Assembly: GCA_964016885.1 (NCBI GenBank)
Contig: OZ024740.1
Location: 197,408,001-197,472,000, forward strand
DNA: 64,000 nucleotides
Direction of reading: 5' to 3'
Source: Eledone cirrhosa
Lineage: Eukaryota
Positions 62,184 through 64,000 of this stretch are shown piece after piece. Under the pieces are notes generated by a model. It was not told where the DNA came from and did not search any database. It worked only from the letters and a program-made list of their open reading frames with translations. The position numbers and the translations under genes were made by a program. Positions within the stretch are counted from its first letter, which is position 1; each line of letters starts with the position of its first letter.

Positions 62184-64000
62184 CAGACGTGTGTAACTTC
62201 GCGGAGAACTTTCCGTTAATTTATGTAAGAAAAAAACGTGAGTTTTTAGTTAAATTTTATATCATCGTGTAACTTGACCCCCCGTCTGAACCTTCAGGTG
62301 GTGGGTCAACTCATTTTCGCACCTATTTCTCCATCGAATCTTGGAAAAAATATTGTAAAATTTTGATTACGTTATGAACACTGCGTCCAACGATAATGGT
62401 GGTGGAGAGGCGGTAAGACTATAAAGCTCGCAGTCAACATCGTCTTCTTCTCTTTCCTCATTAGATACTATAGAGATGGAAAGACGAAATGAAAATGCAA
62501 AAACAAATTCATATCCAAACAACACAAATGACCCCAAACAGTTCAATGACAACAAAAATAACAGCAACACCAATAATGATGATAAAAACAACAATGATAA
62601 CAACAAAGAAAAAAAGAAAGACAACACCAATAACACCAGCATCAAAGACAACAACAACACCAAGGAAAATACGAATAATTTCAACATCGGTGACAACAAG
62701 AATAACAACAACAATAACAACAATAATGACAACACCACCAACACGGATAATTCCACAAAGAAACCAAAATCTCCTTTGCACAGACAGTTCAAAAAAAGGA
62801 GGACTGATATATCTCGACATAACAAATGCCGAACAACTTTTAAAGGACGCTAGGAGATATGTCACTTTCGATAAAAATGGTGCTTTCAGCATCAATTCTC
62901 CGGTAGAAATTCGCAAGGAAACTGCTCTCAAAACGATAGTTTTTAGGACAGTTTCCAATTCTACCCGAAAACCAGTCCAATTGTCACGGAAAGGAATTGA
63001 ACTGGTTTTCAAAAATTCAATGAATGATATTGCATTCATTCAAAGAAGCAAACTTTTTGGGAGTATTTCGGTACTCATGAAGGATCAATTGACGGCCCAA
63101 AATTACTCTGTGTCGCCAATTGTATCCAACCTGTACACCCTTTTCCCTACATACATGGGAAAAAGGACACAAAAGATCAAAATTACGAGTGTCACACCAA
63201 AGGTGAACATATGGTGGATACTGTGCGGCTTCATCAATTTTGATGAAGACAGAATACTGTCAGTAGGAAAGTCCCCCAGAGATGTATTCAATGGGACTAG
63301 CATTGAAGTTCTGGTGCAAATGAGCCCAGAGCGAATAGCTATGATCCCACAACGTGTACTCCTGGACGGACTCACCTACATAAACTTTTCGGTTGAGAGT
63401 AGGCGGCCTTCATGTTACCATTGCTTTAGCAGGGGTCACCTGAGGGCTTCCTGTCCTAAATTAATGAATACAAAAAAGGCTCTTCTGCCGACACCCATCA
63501 AAACAACACAACCACCAACACCACCACAACAACAACAACACCTACACACAAAAATAACCACAACAAACACAGTCCCACCCAACCCCACTCCACCTAAAAC
63601 CACTGCAAAATCACATACAGACACAACAGCTCCCCAAAACATACCCCTCACCAATCACACAGACGATACAACAGATGAGGCTATCTCGCCATCACCCAGT
63701 GAAGACGAGGGAGAACCCCATCGCTCGAAAAGAAAGAAAAGACATCACAAAAGCAAAAAACCAGCAAACACTACCACAAACATACAACCACCAACACAAA
63801 CAACAAAAACATCACAAACAAAACCCCCACCTCCTGAAAACAAAATACCTACAACAAAACGAAAGCACACACAAGAACTACAGACAAAAACAAACACAAC
63901 ACAAGAAAATTACACTTACACTTACATAAACACTGAAAACAAAACACTAATGGAGACCATCACGAACGACCCTTTCGCCCACTCTATTAAAAATAACAAA
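62184..64000 (+). mobile_element. third Tx1-type element (5' UTR and disrupted ORF1), cut by the window edge
   Basis: Starts CAGACGTGTG..AAC.TCGC like 56474; FPTYMGKRTQKIKI and CYHCFSRGHLRASC. Confidence 0.85.

Overview
Eukaryotic, AT-rich, microsatellite-dense DNA with no recognisable host exon. The SINE families and repeat landscape suggest an octopus or other coleoid cephalopod (inference). The window is almost entirely non-LTR retrotransposons nested in simple repeats. It holds an intact two-ORF Tx1/L1-clade element (31.3-37.3 kb), two more Tx1-type copies in tandem (56.5-64 kb), an intact R4/Dong-type RLE element (37.5-41.4 kb), many 5'-truncated R4-type copies stacked in (TATG)n tracts, RTE-clade elements with their non-autonomous derivatives, tRNA-derived SINEs, a CRE fragment, a Penelope GIY-YIG fragment and a MITE. 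Main observations: (1) two divergent Tx1 families both have a 53-nt GTAAGT...YAG candidate intron spanning the ORF1 stop and ORF2 start, and removing it fuses ORF1 and ORF2 in frame; (2) a covarying ~190-nt structured RNA at the 5' end of the RTE family fits no ribozyme class I can recognise; (3) minimal Penelope-type hammerhead ribozymes sit in a 432-bp non-coding tandem/inverted repeat; (4) a perfect direct repeat of up to 130 bp (candidate very long TSD) flanks the Dong-like element; (5) RTE-derived tails appear to supply the (TATG)n targets used by R4-type elements.
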